Source: an uncultured bacterium
GTDB lineage: Bacteria > Eisenbacteria > RBG-16-71-46 > CAIMUX01 > WJJG01
Direction: 5' to 3'
Length of the DNA: 64,000 bases
NCBI GenBank assembly: GCA_964603725.1
Contig: CAZRWW010000015.1
Span: 18,494 to 82,493, forward strand
The position numbers and the translations under genes are program-made. The stretch's first letter is position 1. Each line of letters opens with the position of its first letter. Positions 17,634-28,385 of this stretch are shown here, piece after piece. The notes beneath the pieces were generated by a model. The model was not told where the DNA came from. It made no database searches and saw only the letters and a list, made by a program, of their open reading frames with translations.

Positions 17634-19385
17634 ATGAAGCTCGATGTCACCTTCCACAAACACGAAGTGGTGGTCGTTGGGGCGGGAATCGCCGGCCTCT
17701 ACTCGGCGCTCAAGACGAGCGCCGCCGTCGACACGGCGGTCCTGAGCAAGGTCTACCCGACGCGATCGCATTCGGGCGCCGCGCAGGGCGGCTGCGCCGC
17801 CTCGCTCGGCAATATGATGGAGGACCACTGGCAGTGGCACCTCTACGACACGGTGCGGGGCAGCGACTTCCTGGGGGATCAGGACGCCCAGGAGCTGCTG
17901 GTCCGCGACGCCGCCCCCGTGATGTACGAGATGGAGCATCTGGGCGTCCCCTTCTCGCGCACCGAGGACGGCCGCATCGCCCAGCGCCCCTTCGGCGGCC
18001 ACTTCGGGAACTTCGGCAAGTCGCCGATGAGTCGCTCCTGCTACGCGGCCGACCGCACGGGCCATGTCCAGCTCCACACCCTCTATGAGCAGTGCCTGAA
18101 GAACGAGGTGCGCTTCTACAATGAATTCTACGCTCTGTCGCTGATCATGGATCACGGCGTGTGCAAGGGCGTGGTGGCCTGGGACATGCAGAAGGGCGGG
18201 TTGCACGTCTTCCACGCCCGGGCGGTTCACGTGGCCACCGGCGGGTACGCGCGGTGCTGGAAGATCACCTCCAACGCCATGTCGAACACCGGTGACGGTT
18301 TGGCGCTGGTCATGCGGCAGGATCTGCCGCTGGAGGACATGGAGTTCGTCCAGTTCCATCCGACCGGTCTCTGGAAGCATGGGATCCTCGTGTCCGAGGC
18401 GGCGCGCGGCGAGGGCGGCTACCTCATCAACGACAAGGGCGAGCGTTTCATGGAGCGCTACGCCAAGGCCAAGATGGAGCTGGCGCCCCGCGACGTCGTT
18501 TCGCGCGCGGAGCAGAGCGAGATCGACGAGGGGCGTGGCATCGAGGGTCAGGATCGCATCAACCTGGACCTGCGCCATCTGGGCCGCGAGCTCATCCTGG
18601 AGCGTCTGCCCCAGGTGCGGGAACTGGGGATCAAGTTCATGGGCCTCGACATGATCACCGATTCGATCCCGATCCAGCCGACCGCGCACTATTCGATGGG
18701 GGGCATCCCGACCAACCTGGACACGCAGGTGCTCAAGGGCAAGACCAAAGACGACGTCGTGCCGGGGCTGTACTCCTCGGGCGAGTGCGCTTGCGTGTCG
18801 GTGCACGGCGCCAACCGGCTCGGAACGAATTCAACCCTCGAGTGCGCGGTCTATGGTCGGGTGGCCGGGATCAAGATGCTCGACTACGTCCGCGGCCTGG
18901 GCGGCCACGAGGATCTACCCGAGGATTGCGAGGGCATGGCGCGCGAGGAGGTCGAGCACCTGCTGTCGACCGCGGGGACCAGCGGCGTGCGCGCGGTCGA
19001 GCTGCGCGAGCGCCTGCAGGCGACGATGACCAAGAATGTGGCCGTCTACCGCAATGAAAAGGGGTTGCGCGAGCAGGTCTCGATCTGCGAGGACCTGCGG
19101 GCGCAGTACCGCCGCGTCACGATCGATGACGGCGGCACCTTCGCCAATACCGACTTGATCGAAGCGATCGAGCTCGGCCACATGCTCGACTACAGCTACA
19201 TGATCGCCTGCTGCGCGCTCGAGCGCACCGAGTGCCGCGGGGCCCACTGGCGCGTCGACCATCCGGGGCGCAACGACAAGGAGTGGCTCAAGCACACGCT
19301 GGCCTGGCTGAAGGGCGATGAGATCCGGCTCGACTACAAGCCGGTCGTGATCACCCGGTTCCAGCCGGAAGAGCGGAAGTACTAG
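17634..19385 (+). CDS. sdhA: succinate dehydrogenase flavoprotein subunit
   Basis: FAD fold VVVVGAGIAGLYSALK, covalent-FAD region RSHSGAAQGG, HPTG, RGEGG, active-site HYSMGG. Confidence 0.95.
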   Translation: MKLDVTFHKHEVVVVGAGIAGLYSALKTSAAVDTAVLSKVYPTRSHSGAAQGGCAASLGNMMEDHWQWHLYDTVRGSDFLGDQDAQELLVRDAAPVMYEMEHLGVPFSRTEDGRIAQRPFGGHFGNFGKSPMSRSCYAADRTGHVQLHTLYEQCLKNEVRFYNEFYALSLIMDHGVCKGVVAWDMQKGGLHVFHARAVHVATGGYARCWKITSNAMSNTGDGLALVMRQDLPLEDMEFVQFHPTGLWKHGILVSEAARGEGGYLINDKGERFMERYAKAKMELAPRDVVSRAEQSEIDEGRGIEGQDRINLDLRHLGRELILERLPQVRELGIKFMGLDMITDSIPIQPTAHYSMGGIPTNLDTQVLKGKTKDDVVPGLYSSGECACVSVHGANRLGTNSTLECAVYGRVAGIKMLDYVRGLGGHEDLPEDCEGMAREEVEHLLSTAGTSGVRAVELRERLQATMTKNVAVYRNEKGLREQVSICEDLRAQYRRVTIDDGGTFANTDLIEAIELGHMLDYSYMIACCALERTECRGAHWRVDHPGRNDKEWLKHTLAWLKGDEIRLDYKPVVITRFQPEERKY

Positions 19386-19394
19386 ACGGGGGAG

Positions 19395-20102
19395 ATGACG
19401 ATGGAGCGGACCTTCCGGATCTTCAGGTTCAATCCGCAGACCGACAAAGAGCCGCGCTACGACGCCTTCACCATCGAGGTGCAGCCGTCCTGGACGGTGC
19501 TCGATGCGCTGAACTACATCAAGTGGCATCACGACGGCACCCTCGCCTATCGCCGCTCGTGCAGGCACGGCATCTGCGGCTCCTGCGCCATGATGATCAA
19601 CGGCAAGAACGACCTGGCCTGCGAGCTGCAGATATCCGCGCTCAAGGGCGTGATCACGGTCGAGCCGCTCAAGGAGTTCAAGGTGCTCCGGGACCTGATG
19701 GTCGATCAGGAGCAGTTCTTCGAGAAGCTGCGGCTGGTCATGCCGTGGCTGATCAACCACACGCCGCCGCCCACCGACAAGGAGCGCCTGCAGAGCCCCG
19801 AGGACCGCAAGGTCATCGAGGGCTTCTGGGAGTGCATCCTGTGCGGCGCCTGCACGTCCGCCTGCCCGGCCTACTGGGACAACGACAGCTTCCTAGGGCC
19901 AGCCGCGCTGCTCAAGGCCTTCCGCTACGTGGGCGACACCCGCGACCAGGGGTTGGCCGATCGGGCCGGCGTGCTCGACAGCAAGATCGGCGTGTGGCGC
20001 TGCCATACGATCTTCAACTGCGTCGAGGCGTGCCCGAAGTCGCTCAATCCGACGGACGCGATCGTGCGGCTGCGCCGGAGGCTGATCGCCGAGAAGCTGT
20101 AG
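19395..20102 (+). CDS. sdhB: succinate dehydrogenase iron-sulfur subunit
   Basis: 2Fe-2S motif CRHGICGSCAMMINGKNDLAC. 4Fe-4S/3Fe-4S motifs CILCGACTSACP and CHTIFNCVEACP. Confidence 0.95.
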   Translation: MTMERTFRIFRFNPQTDKEPRYDAFTIEVQPSWTVLDALNYIKWHHDGTLAYRRSCRHGICGSCAMMINGKNDLACELQISALKGVITVEPLKEFKVLRDLMVDQEQFFEKLRLVMPWLINHTPPPTDKERLQSPEDRKVIEGFWECILCGACTSACPAYWDNDSFLGPAALLKAFRYVGDTRDQGLADRAGVLDSKIGVWRCHTIFNCVEACPKSLNPTDAIVRLRRRLIAEKL

Positions 20103-20353
20103 GTTCCGGAGCGAAGACAGTGTACTCCTGTTCTCCTGTCGGCGGCTGCCGCTAGGCCGTGGGCAAGATCCGCGTTCCCTCGCCATCCGCGGCCCCCTGC
20201 CTAGCCTGCGGCGCGCCGCAACTCTGCCCTGCAAGCACCCGAGCGACCCCGGGTCGATAGACGGATCCGCCCGCGCCCGGAGCATGGCCTTGGCGCCGCA
20301 GTGGGAGGGGGAGTAGACTCTCGGTGGACGTCCCACGAGAGAGGAGGTTGCTC

Positions 20354-21985
20354 ATGTCATCGAAGTCTGCTGCACTCGTCCTCTTCCCCCTGATGATGCT
20401 GGTGGCCCAATCCACCGACGCATCGGATGTGCGCACTTTTCTGAGGCCCGGCCTGGCGGGCGTCGATGTGATCCAGGAGATCACCGCCCCCCAAGCGCTT
20501 CCCGAACCGGTTGCCGCTGACCGGCTTTGCGAGGGCGCGCGAACGGATCTGGAAGAGCTCTGGCACCGTCACTACACCGACGCGATCTACACAACCACGG
20601 CGGTCTGCGGGGCCAGTGGCCTGATCGCCGCCGGAACCTACCTCAATCCGCCCAAGCAGGTGGAGGTCGTTCCCATCGAGGGTGTGGGAACGCCCGATTG
20701 GACCTATCCGGGGGTGGAGTTCTACGTCGACGCTTCAGGAGATGGTTCGATCATTGCGGGCGTCGACTACAATCAGCCCGCTCTGACGGTGACCGTGCAT
20801 TGCTGGGAGGCCGGGTCCGCCGTGCCGCTCTGGTCGACCACGATCCCCAACGCAAGCCGCGGCTCCTCCCGGACCGTGGATGTCTCCGCCGACGGTTCGA
20901 CGATCGCGGTGCTCGTGACGATGCAAACGGGAAGCCCGGCGGCGCGCCTGTACTTGTACAGCCCGGCTTCGTCGACGCCGCTGGGCGTCTTTGATGGGCC
21001 GGCGGGATTCGGACGCAACCTCTCGCTGGGTGATGACGGGCGCTTTGCCGCCTTCATCGGCCTGGCGACCATGTACGTCGTCGATCGCGACCTCGGCACA
21101 ATGCGCTGGAGCGGGAGCATGGGGGCTTCCAGTGACCCGGTGGCCATCTCGACCGACGGCAAGTACCTGGCCTTCGGCTGGACCAGCCTTAGGATGATGC
21201 AGTGGAACGGGCAGAGCTACGCCTCGCTCTGGACCGTCTCGGGCGGCAGCTTCGCCCTGGGAACCGTTGCATTTTCCGGTGACGGCCAGACGTGCGTTTC
21301 GGGCTGGTACCGCAGCGACTTCCGCCAGAACCGGATTCGGCCCTTCGCCATGCCCTCCAGCACGCCCCTCTGGACGTACGATTACGTCCAATCCAATGGG
21401 GTCTACCAGGAGACGCCGTACGACATCGCCGTCACCCCGGCCGGGGACTTCTTCGTCGTGGGCAGTTGGGGCGACATCGAGAACCTCAATCCGGAGGTGC
21501 ACCTCTTCGGCCGCGATCAGGCCACGCCGTTGGCTACCCTGGACACGCCGGGTTCGATGTTCGATGTGGACCTGCGCGGCACCGCGGCCGGGCTGATCGT
21601 CACCGCGGCGGGGAAGACAGTCCACGGGAATCAAACCGGTCGGGGCGGAGACCTCTATGCGCTGCGCTACGGGGACCCTGCCGAAGTGGCGGAAACGCGC
21701 CCCAGCGCGGCGACATTGCGGTTGGAAGCGGTCCCCAATCCGTTCTGCGCCGGCGCCGGGTTCAGCTTCGCGCTGGCCGAGGGGCAACCGCTGCGCGTCG
21801 CGCTCTACTCCGCCGACGGCCGGCAGGTGCGCATCCTGGCCGATGAGGTCTTTGCGACCGGCCGGCACAGGCTCGCCTGGGATGGCCGCGATCAAGAGGG
21901 CAGTGAGGTTCCCGCGGGTCTCTACCTGCTGCGCCTGGAGGGATCCGGCCACGCGGCCATGGCCCGGGCCGTTGTGGTTCGATAG
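20354..21985 (+). CDS. secreted beta-propeller-like repeat protein with T9SS/FlgD-Ig C-terminal domain
   Basis: RBS gagaggagg and signal peptide MSSKSAALVLFPLMMLVAQS. Repeated D-G-S / W-strand segments. The C-terminus is VPNPF...LYSADGRQVRIL...WDGRDQEGSEVPAGLYLLRL. Confidence 0.7.
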   Translation: MSSKSAALVLFPLMMLVAQSTDASDVRTFLRPGLAGVDVIQEITAPQALPEPVAADRLCEGARTDLEELWHRHYTDAIYTTTAVCGASGLIAAGTYLNPPKQVEVVPIEGVGTPDWTYPGVEFYVDASGDGSIIAGVDYNQPALTVTVHCWEAGSAVPLWSTTIPNASRGSSRTVDVSADGSTIAVLVTMQTGSPAARLYLYSPASSTPLGVFDGPAGFGRNLSLGDDGRFAAFIGLATMYVVDRDLGTMRWSGSMGASSDPVAISTDGKYLAFGWTSLRMMQWNGQSYASLWTVSGGSFALGTVAFSGDGQTCVSGWYRSDFRQNRIRPFAMPSSTPLWTYDYVQSNGVYQETPYDIAVTPAGDFFVVGSWGDIENLNPEVHLFGRDQATPLATLDTPGSMFDVDLRGTAAGLIVTAAGKTVHGNQTGRGGDLYALRYGDPAEVAETRPSAATLRLEAVPNPFCAGAGFSFALAEGQPLRVALYSADGRQVRILADEVFATGRHRLAWDGRDQEGSEVPAGLYLLRLEGSGHAAMARAVVVR

Positions 21986-22348
21986 AGATCCGAGCGCCTG
22001 AATCCACGCTGGGAGGTGAGGGGGCGCCGGCCATCCGGCCGCCGGTGCCCGCCTCCCGCTGAGCGACCCTGCCCATCGCCTGCGGTCCGACCTCTCGGAA
22101 CAGCAGTACTACGTCCGCCAGACTCCCGCCGCCGGCGATGCCTGAGGCGACCGGGCTGCGGAACCGTGTTCGGTCGGGGTAGCTGGCTCGTCTTGGATGA
22201 CGCAGACCAGAAAGCAGGGCACGGCGGGCATGGAGCCCAACCGGCGCGACACCCATCCTGCCCGGGATCTGTGCGGGCCAAGATCCCTCTGGTCCGGGAT
22301 CTGCCCGGCGAGGCAGCCGTCCGCCCGGGCTCGGCGATCGGCGGAGCC

Positions 22349-23059
22349 ATGCTGACGACGCAAGCGGAACCCGCGCTTCAACAACAGCGGCTGGCAGTCT
22401 ATGATGCCCGCGTTCCAGCTCCTTTGGTCCGTGGATCCGCACTCACGGAGGCTGCCGGCGTGTCCACCGAACAGGGCCCCGATCCAGCGCGCGGCTCGCT
22501 GGAGAATGAGGCGACCCTCAGCCTCGTGCACCGGGCCCGCGATGGTGATGCGGGAGCGCTCGCTGAGCTGTGCCGTCGCTATCGGCCGCGGCTGCAGCGT
22601 TGGGCCACGGGCCGGCTGCCCGGCTATGCGCGCGACCTGCTGTCCACCGAGGACCTCGTTCAAGACGCCCTGCTCCAGACGGTGAGCCACATTGGGGCCA
22701 TGCGGGCCGAGCGTGAAGGGGCGTTCCAGGTCTATGTGCGGCAGATCCTGCTCAATCGCATCCGTGATCAAGTCCGCCGGCCGCAGGTCATCCGTTCGGA
22801 CGCGGAGGTGCCCGAGGCGACAGATCGAGCGCCATCGCCGCTGGAGGAGGCCATCGGGCGCGACACCCTGGAGCGCTACGAGCAGGCCCTGGCGCGTTTG
22901 AGGCCCGAAGATCGCGAGGCGGTGGTGGCTCGCGTGGAGATGGCGGGGGGGTATCAAGAGCTCGCCGGCGTTCTCGGCAAACCCTCGGCTGATGCGGCGC
23001 GCGTGGCCGTGGCCCGCGCCCTGGTTCGCCTGGCCAAGGAGATGGGACATGAAGGCTAG
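22349..23059 (+). CDS. ECF-type RNA polymerase sigma factor (sigma-70 family)
   Basis: Region 2 LVHRARDGDAGALAELCRRYRPRLQRWATGRL...EDLVQDALL. Region 4 YQELAGVLGKPSADAARVAVARALVRL. The start could be GTG 22460 instead. The stop overlaps the kinase start. Confidence 0.8.
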   Translation: MLTTQAEPALQQQRLAVYDARVPAPLVRGSALTEAAGVSTEQGPDPARGSLENEATLSLVHRARDGDAGALAELCRRYRPRLQRWATGRLPGYARDLLSTEDLVQDALLQTVSHIGAMRAEREGAFQVYVRQILLNRIRDQVRRPQVIRSDAEVPEATDRAPSPLEEAIGRDTLERYEQALARLRPEDREAVVARVEMAGGYQELAGVLGKPSADAARVAVARALVRLAKEMGHEG

Positions 23060-24842
23060 CGATGATCGGCTCGAGTCCCTCGGGCTCGGGGTCTCCGATG
23101 GCGTCGAACTCGATTGGGAATCGGCCGCGGCGGCCGCAGCGGACGAAGACGAGCGCAGGTTGATCACCAATCTGCGCAGTCTCTCCCTGGTGGCAGGGTT
23201 CTTCCGCGAGTGCCACGGCGAGGTCCGTCCGTTGACCGCCGGGGAGCGTTGGGGGCACCTGGAGATCATCGAGCACATCGGCCGCGGCAGCTACGCCGAC
23301 GTCTATCGGGCACGGGATACCGAGCTCAACCGCGAGGTGGCCCTCAAGCTCATCCGCGGCCGGCCGGGCGAGAATGGCGCCGTGCCATCGATACCGCTCG
23401 AGGGTGAACGCCTCGCGCGCGTGAAGCATCCACACCTGGTCGTCATTCACGGCGCGGCCGTGCACGCGGGCGCCTTGGGGCTGTGGATGGAATACGTGCG
23501 GGGCACGACCCTTCAAGATCTCGTGCGTCGCCAGGGTCCGCTGGGCGCGCGCGAAGCCGCGCTAATCGGGATCGAGCTGTGCGGCGCGCTGGCGGCCCTC
23601 CACGCGGCTGGTCTCCTGCATCGCGACATCAAGGCCCAAAACGTGATGCGCGAGCAGGGCGGGCGCATCGTGCTGATGGATCTGGGCGCCGGCGCGGAGA
23701 TCGTGCGCGCGACCGGCTGCCCGCCCGCGGCAGTGTCGGGTACGCCGCTCTACATGGCGCCGGAGGTGCTCGCAGGTACGGCATTGACGAGTGCCGCCCA
23801 GACGCTCGCGACGCAGCAGGGTGACACACTGGCCGATCTCTACAGCCTGGGCGTGCTCCTCTACTTCGCCGTCACCGGCACGTACCCGGTCAGGGCCGAG
23901 ACACTGGCCGAGCTGCGCCGGAAGCACGCGTTTGGCGAGCGGCACCGGCTGCGTGACGTGCGACCCGATCTGCCGGCGGCCTTTGTGGCGGTGATCGAGC
24001 GGGCGTTGTCGCCCGAGCCCGAGCGGCGGTTTGCCAGCGCCGGGGAAATGGAGATGGCGCTCAGCGCCGCGCTGGGGCTCGGCGAGGGACCAACCGCGCT
24101 GGGGCATGGGCAACTGGCAGCCAGTCGGCTGACGGGCCAAGACCACCCGGCGCGCCCCGGTCGCAGACCAGTCAGCAAGTGGGTGCCCGGGATCATCGCG
24201 CTGGGCGTGGTCGCCGCGGCGGCACTGGTGGGCTTGCTCGTTTGGCCCGGGTGGCTGGCCACGCCCTACACGGTGCATGCGACCCTGCATCGGGTCGTCC
24301 CTGGGGGCGACCAGGAGCTGCTGCCCGGGGCCCGCGTGGCGCCCGGCGACCGGCTCTACCTCGAGTTTGAAGCCTCGCGAGACATGCACGTCTACGTCTT
24401 GGCCGAGGACGACCGTGGAGAAGCGTACCTGCTCTTTCCGATCCCGGGATCCGCAGTCGCCAACCCCCTGGCGGGTCGCAGCTCCCACCGCTTGCCCCCC
24501 GATCGCGGTGAGGTCAAGTACACCTGGGGCGTCTCCAGCTCCGGCGGCACCGAGCATGTCCTGATCGTGGCCAGTCCCGAGGATCTGGCCGGCTTCGAGC
24601 AAGCCCTGGCGGCCCTCCCGTCCCCGCGGGAGCTGGGTTCCGCCCAGGGCTCGGCGGTGCCGCTGGACGCCCAGGCCCTGGGGGCGCTACGGGGCATCGG
24701 GTTGCTGCACGAGCAAGCGTCTGGGCCCGATCCGACCCGGTCTCGCCCTGTCTTTGCGCTCGCTCGCCAGCTCGCGGGCGGTCCCGAACGCCACCGCGGC
24801 ACATGGGTGCGGCAGATCGATCTCGTGAATCCCGGCCCCTGA
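23049..24842 (+). CDS. serine/threonine protein kinase with TM segment and extracytoplasmic C-terminal domain
   Basis: Hanks motifs GRGSYADVYRARD, VALK, HRDIKAQNVM, DLGAGAEI, GTPLYMAPE. TM helice WVPGIIALGVVAAAALVGLLVW. The start ATGAAGGCTAG overlaps the sigma-factor stop by 11 nt (translational coupling). Confidence 0.85.
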   Translation: MKASDDRLESLGLGVSDGVELDWESAAAAAADEDERRLITNLRSLSLVAGFFRECHGEVRPLTAGERWGHLEIIEHIGRGSYADVYRARDTELNREVALKLIRGRPGENGAVPSIPLEGERLARVKHPHLVVIHGAAVHAGALGLWMEYVRGTTLQDLVRRQGPLGAREAALIGIELCGALAALHAAGLLHRDIKAQNVMREQGGRIVLMDLGAGAEIVRATGCPPAAVSGTPLYMAPEVLAGTALTSAAQTLATQQGDTLADLYSLGVLLYFAVTGTYPVRAETLAELRRKHAFGERHRLRDVRPDLPAAFVAVIERALSPEPERRFASAGEMEMALSAALGLGEGPTALGHGQLAASRLTGQDHPARPGRRPVSKWVPGIIALGVVAAAALVGLLVWPGWLATPYTVHATLHRVVPGGDQELLPGARVAPGDRLYLEFEASRDMHVYVLAEDDRGEAYLLFPIPGSAVANPLAGRSSHRLPPDRGEVKYTWGVSSSGGTEHVLIVASPEDLAGFEQALAALPSPRELGSAQGSAVPLDAQALGALRGIGLLHEQASGPDPTRSRPVFALARQLAGGPERHRGTWVRQIDLVNPGP

Positions 24843-25145
24843 CGGTCGGAGGCTGCCGATTCGGCCCGCCATGCGATCGCCCGCCGCCACCCCGATCGTC
24901 CCCGGCCGCCTCGGTCATCTCTCACCATGCAGGTCGCGCCCGGCGCTCGGTTTCCATCCATTGTTGGGCAACCCGGTCACGGGGCGATATGATAGGAGTT
25001 GGACCCCGTGCTCGGCCCGGAAGCACCACCGGATGCGAGGGGGCTGGATACGGGGGGACACGGCCCTGGGGGGGACTCGCGGTGATTGCACCCAGAGAAG
25101 CGTCTCTTGCAGACTCGTGGTGACTCAACGCGGGGGAGATCTTTC

Positions 25146-28100
25146 ATGCGGTGTCGATCGGTCGCGACGCTCCTAGCTCTCCTGTGCGGCATGGCGGCCG
25201 TCATCTGCGCGGCGCGCGGCCAGGTGCCGGCGGGTGCTGCGCCGGACAGCGCAACTGCCGTGACCCAGGCGGCGCACGCCGACTCGATCGACCAGGCGGT
25301 AGCGATGATGCGCGCGGGACGCTACGCGGAGGCCGAGGTCTTCTTGCGCGGATTCCTGGCGCGGTCCGAGTCAATCTTCGGGCCCGCATCTCCTCAGGCA
25401 GCCACGACCCTCGATCAACTCGTCATATGCCTCTGGCGCCTCGGCCGTAGCCAGACGCGGGAGACGATCGAGCTGGCCGAGCGGGCCGTCGGCCTCAAGG
25501 AGCAGCTCCACGGCCCCGATGACCCGGAGGTGGCCACGAGCCTGTTCAACCTGGGTGTGATCCGCACGATGGGCGGCGCCTTCGCCGAAGCGGATCCGAT
25601 CTTCGCGCGCGTGCTCGCCATTCGGGAGGCGCACTTCCCGCCCGGGCACCACACGATCATCTCCTCGATCAACGCGCTGGCCAACGTCAAGGCCTACAGC
25701 ACCGACTACGCGGGGGCGCTGCCGCTCTACCGGCGTTCGCTGGAGATGGCCGAGACGTGGGGTGGGACGCTGGATCCGCAGGCGGTCAACATCCGCGGCA
25801 ACGTGGCCTCCGCGCTGATCGAGCTGGGCGAGTACACCGAGGCGCAGACACTCCTGCGCGGGCAGATTGACCTGCTCGAGGGCGAGGAGATGGTGACCGA
25901 GGATCTCGCCTACGCTTACAGCCTCCTGGCCGGGCTCTACTTTCGCATCGGCGATCATCAGGAGGCCGTGCCCCTGCGGCTGCGCTGTCTCGAAATCCGT
26001 GAGGCGATACACCCCGAGGGGCATCCGCGGATCGCCGAGTCTCTGCTCAATCTGGGCAGCGAGCAACACATGCTCGGTAACCACGCCGAGGCGCTGTCCC
26101 ACGCGGAACGTGGCCGGGCGATCTGGGAAGGAAACTACGGGCCGGATCACCCGCACCTGGGGAGCTTCTTGGAGCTCCAGGGACGCATCGCGCAGGCCAC
26201 GGGCGACCTGTCCGAGGCGCGGCGCCTCACCGAACGCGTCCTGGCGCTGCGGGAGCGGGGTTTCGGTTCGGAGAGCCCGCACGTGGGCGAAGTGCTGCGA
26301 AGTCTGGCCGGCATCGAGCGCGAGGACGGGAACCTGGATCGAGCGCGCGAGCACCTCATGCGCGCACTGGCGATCGGCGAGCGGCAGCTCGTACGCGGCC
26401 ACCCCTGGACCGCGGCGTACGCCAGCGATCTGGCGCGCGTGGAACTCCTGGATGGCAATCTGACGCGCGCTGCCGAGCTGGCATTGGAGGCGGAGCGCGG
26501 GTCGCGCGAGCACCTGCGGCTGACCATGGGGGCCTTGCCGGAACGGCAGGCGCTCACGTACGCGCAACAGCGCAGCGGAGGGCTGGACCTGCTGCTGTCG
26601 CTGCTGGACGTGCTCGATGACGCTGGACGATTCGCGGTGGAGGCTCTGGACGCGGTTGTGCGGTCCAGAGCGCTTGTCCTGGATGAGATGGCTGCCCGCA
26701 ACCGGTGCCTGGCGCTGTCGGCCAGCGCAGGCACGGCTGACCGGGTGATTGCGCTTCGTCACGCTAGCACCAGGCTCGCCAACCTCTACGTTCAGGGGCC
26801 GGGGGATCACGACGCCGAGACCTACGAGCGCATGCTCGACGTTGCCCGCCGGACCATGGAGGATGCTGAGCGGTCCCTGTCCGAGGCCGGCGCGCCGTTG
26901 CTGTCCGGGCCGGCCACGCCGGATGTGGGCTGGCTCGAGGTTCGACGCAGTCTGCCGGCCGGCAGCGCGCTCGTTTCCTACATCCTGTACGAGCACGCCG
27001 GCGATGGTCGCAGCGGGCATAGAGGCGGCCACCCGGCCTATCGCGTGTTCGTGCAAGGGCCGGCGGGTGGTGCTCCGGTGCAGATTGACATGGGGTCAGC
27101 CGCGAAGCTCGACGCGCTCATCGCCGCGTGGCAGAGCGAGGTCGCACTGGGGGCTCTGCGCACCGACCGCTCCGGCGTGGAGGCGCTGGCAGCCTACGAG
27201 CGGGCAGGGACGGCGCTGCGCGCGGCGGTCTGGGACCCGGTCGTCGAGCACCTGAGGGACGTCGAGCGCGTCTTCGTGGTCCCGGACGGCCAGATCCACC
27301 TGGTCAATCTATCGGCACTGCCCGACGACGCCGGCGGGTACCTCCTCGAATCGGGTCCGATCTTTCACTGTCTATCCGCCGAGCGGGAGCTGGCTCAGCT
27401 CCCGCCAGTGCTCCCCGTCGCTGGTGGGGCCCTCGTGCTGGGCGCACCCGACTTCGAGCGTGCGCGTGCCTCTGCTGCGGTTGATCCGCCTGGTGCTCAG
27501 CCGCAGGACCGGGGGGAGGAGCCTGCGGGTCCGCTCTTCCGTGGCCAGCGCCCCGAGTGCGGGGTACTGCGCGGGCTGCGCTTCGCGCCGCTGCCGGGCA
27601 GCCTCTCGGAGGTTCAGGAGGTGGCAGCGCTGTGGGAGGTGCGATTGAGGAGCGACGGCGAAGCCGCAGGCCGCGCCGAGGGCGCCGCGGTCGTCCTGCG
27701 CACAGGGGCGGAAGCGAGCGAGGAAGCGCTCAAGCGCCTGGCGCCGGGCAGCCGGCTCTTGCACGTGGCTACACACGGCTACTTCCTCAACGGCGAGTGC
27801 CCATCCGGTCTGGTCGGCAGCCGGGGCATCGGCCTGCTGGCACCCGCGGACGGGCCTCCGGTCGGCGAACGGCTCGAATCAGGGCCCGTCGGGGAGGAGC
27901 CCGAGGAGCGGCCGGGCGTGCCAGCGCCACGGCTGCAACCCGCCGTTCAGAACCCACTGCTGCTCTCGGGGCTCGCCCTCGCGGGCGCCAATCGGCGCGA
28001 CGAGTCGGGAAGCGAAGGCGAAGATGGGATTCTGACCGCGCAGGAAATCGCGGCGTTGGATCTCACCGCCGTTCGCTGGGCTGTGCTCTCGGCCTGCGAA

Positions 28101-28385
28101 ACGGGCACCGGAGAGGTGCTCAGCGGCGAGGGGGTCTTCGGGCTGCGGCGGGCGTTTCGCATCGCCGGGGTCCGCACGCTGGTCACGAGCCTGTGGGCCG
28201 TGCGCGACGACGACACGCGCGGCTGGATGCGAGCCTTCTATCGAGGGCTCGCCGAGCGTGGGCTGGCCACGATCGACGCTGTCCGCGAGGCGAGCTTGTC
28301 GAGCCTGCGCGAGCGGCGGGCGCGCGGCGAGTCGACCCATCCTTTCTACTGGGCAGCGTTCCTGGCGTCGGGCGACTGGCGCTAG
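25146..28385 (+). CDS. TPR-repeat protein with C-terminal CHAT (caspase-like) peptidase domain
   Basis: Signal peptide, then many TPR-like repeats (ATSLFNLGVIRTMGGAFAEADPIFARVLAIRE etc.). CHAT catalytic dyad context LLHVATHGYF and LSACETGTG. Confidence 0.8.
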   Translation: MRCRSVATLLALLCGMAAVICAARGQVPAGAAPDSATAVTQAAHADSIDQAVAMMRAGRYAEAEVFLRGFLARSESIFGPASPQAATTLDQLVICLWRLGRSQTRETIELAERAVGLKEQLHGPDDPEVATSLFNLGVIRTMGGAFAEADPIFARVLAIREAHFPPGHHTIISSINALANVKAYSTDYAGALPLYRRSLEMAETWGGTLDPQAVNIRGNVASALIELGEYTEAQTLLRGQIDLLEGEEMVTEDLAYAYSLLAGLYFRIGDHQEAVPLRLRCLEIREAIHPEGHPRIAESLLNLGSEQHMLGNHAEALSHAERGRAIWEGNYGPDHPHLGSFLELQGRIAQATGDLSEARRLTERVLALRERGFGSESPHVGEVLRSLAGIEREDGNLDRAREHLMRALAIGERQLVRGHPWTAAYASDLARVELLDGNLTRAAELALEAERGSREHLRLTMGALPERQALTYAQQRSGGLDLLLSLLDVLDDAGRFAVEALDAVVRSRALVLDEMAARNRCLALSASAGTADRVIALRHASTRLANLYVQGPGDHDAETYERMLDVARRTMEDAERSLSEAGAPLLSGPATPDVGWLEVRRSLPAGSALVSYILYEHAGDGRSGHRGGHPAYRVFVQGPAGGAPVQIDMGSAAKLDALIAAWQSEVALGALRTDRSGVEALAAYERAGTALRAAVWDPVVEHLRDVERVFVVPDGQIHLVNLSALPDDAGGYLLESGPIFHCLSAERELAQLPPVLPVAGGALVLGAPDFERARASAAVDPPGAQPQDRGEEPAGPLFRGQRPECGVLRGLRFAPLPGSLSEVQEVAALWEVRLRSDGEAAGRAEGAAVVLRTGAEASEEALKRLAPGSRLLHVATHGYFLNGECPSGLVGSRGIGLLAPADGPPVGERLESGPVGEEPEERPGVPAPRLQPAVQNPLLLSGLALAGANRRDESGSEGEDGILTAQEIAALDLTAVRWAVLSACETGTGEVLSGEGVFGLRRAFRIAGVRTLVTSLWAVRDDDTRGWMRAFYRGLAERGLATIDAVREASLSSLRERRARGESTHPFYWAAFLASGDWR

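Noticed and set aside
22160-22196. ECF-type promoter GGAAC ... CGTCT upstream of the ECF sigma gene.
   Set aside because: The spacer between the elements is about 24 nt, which is too long for known ECF promoters.
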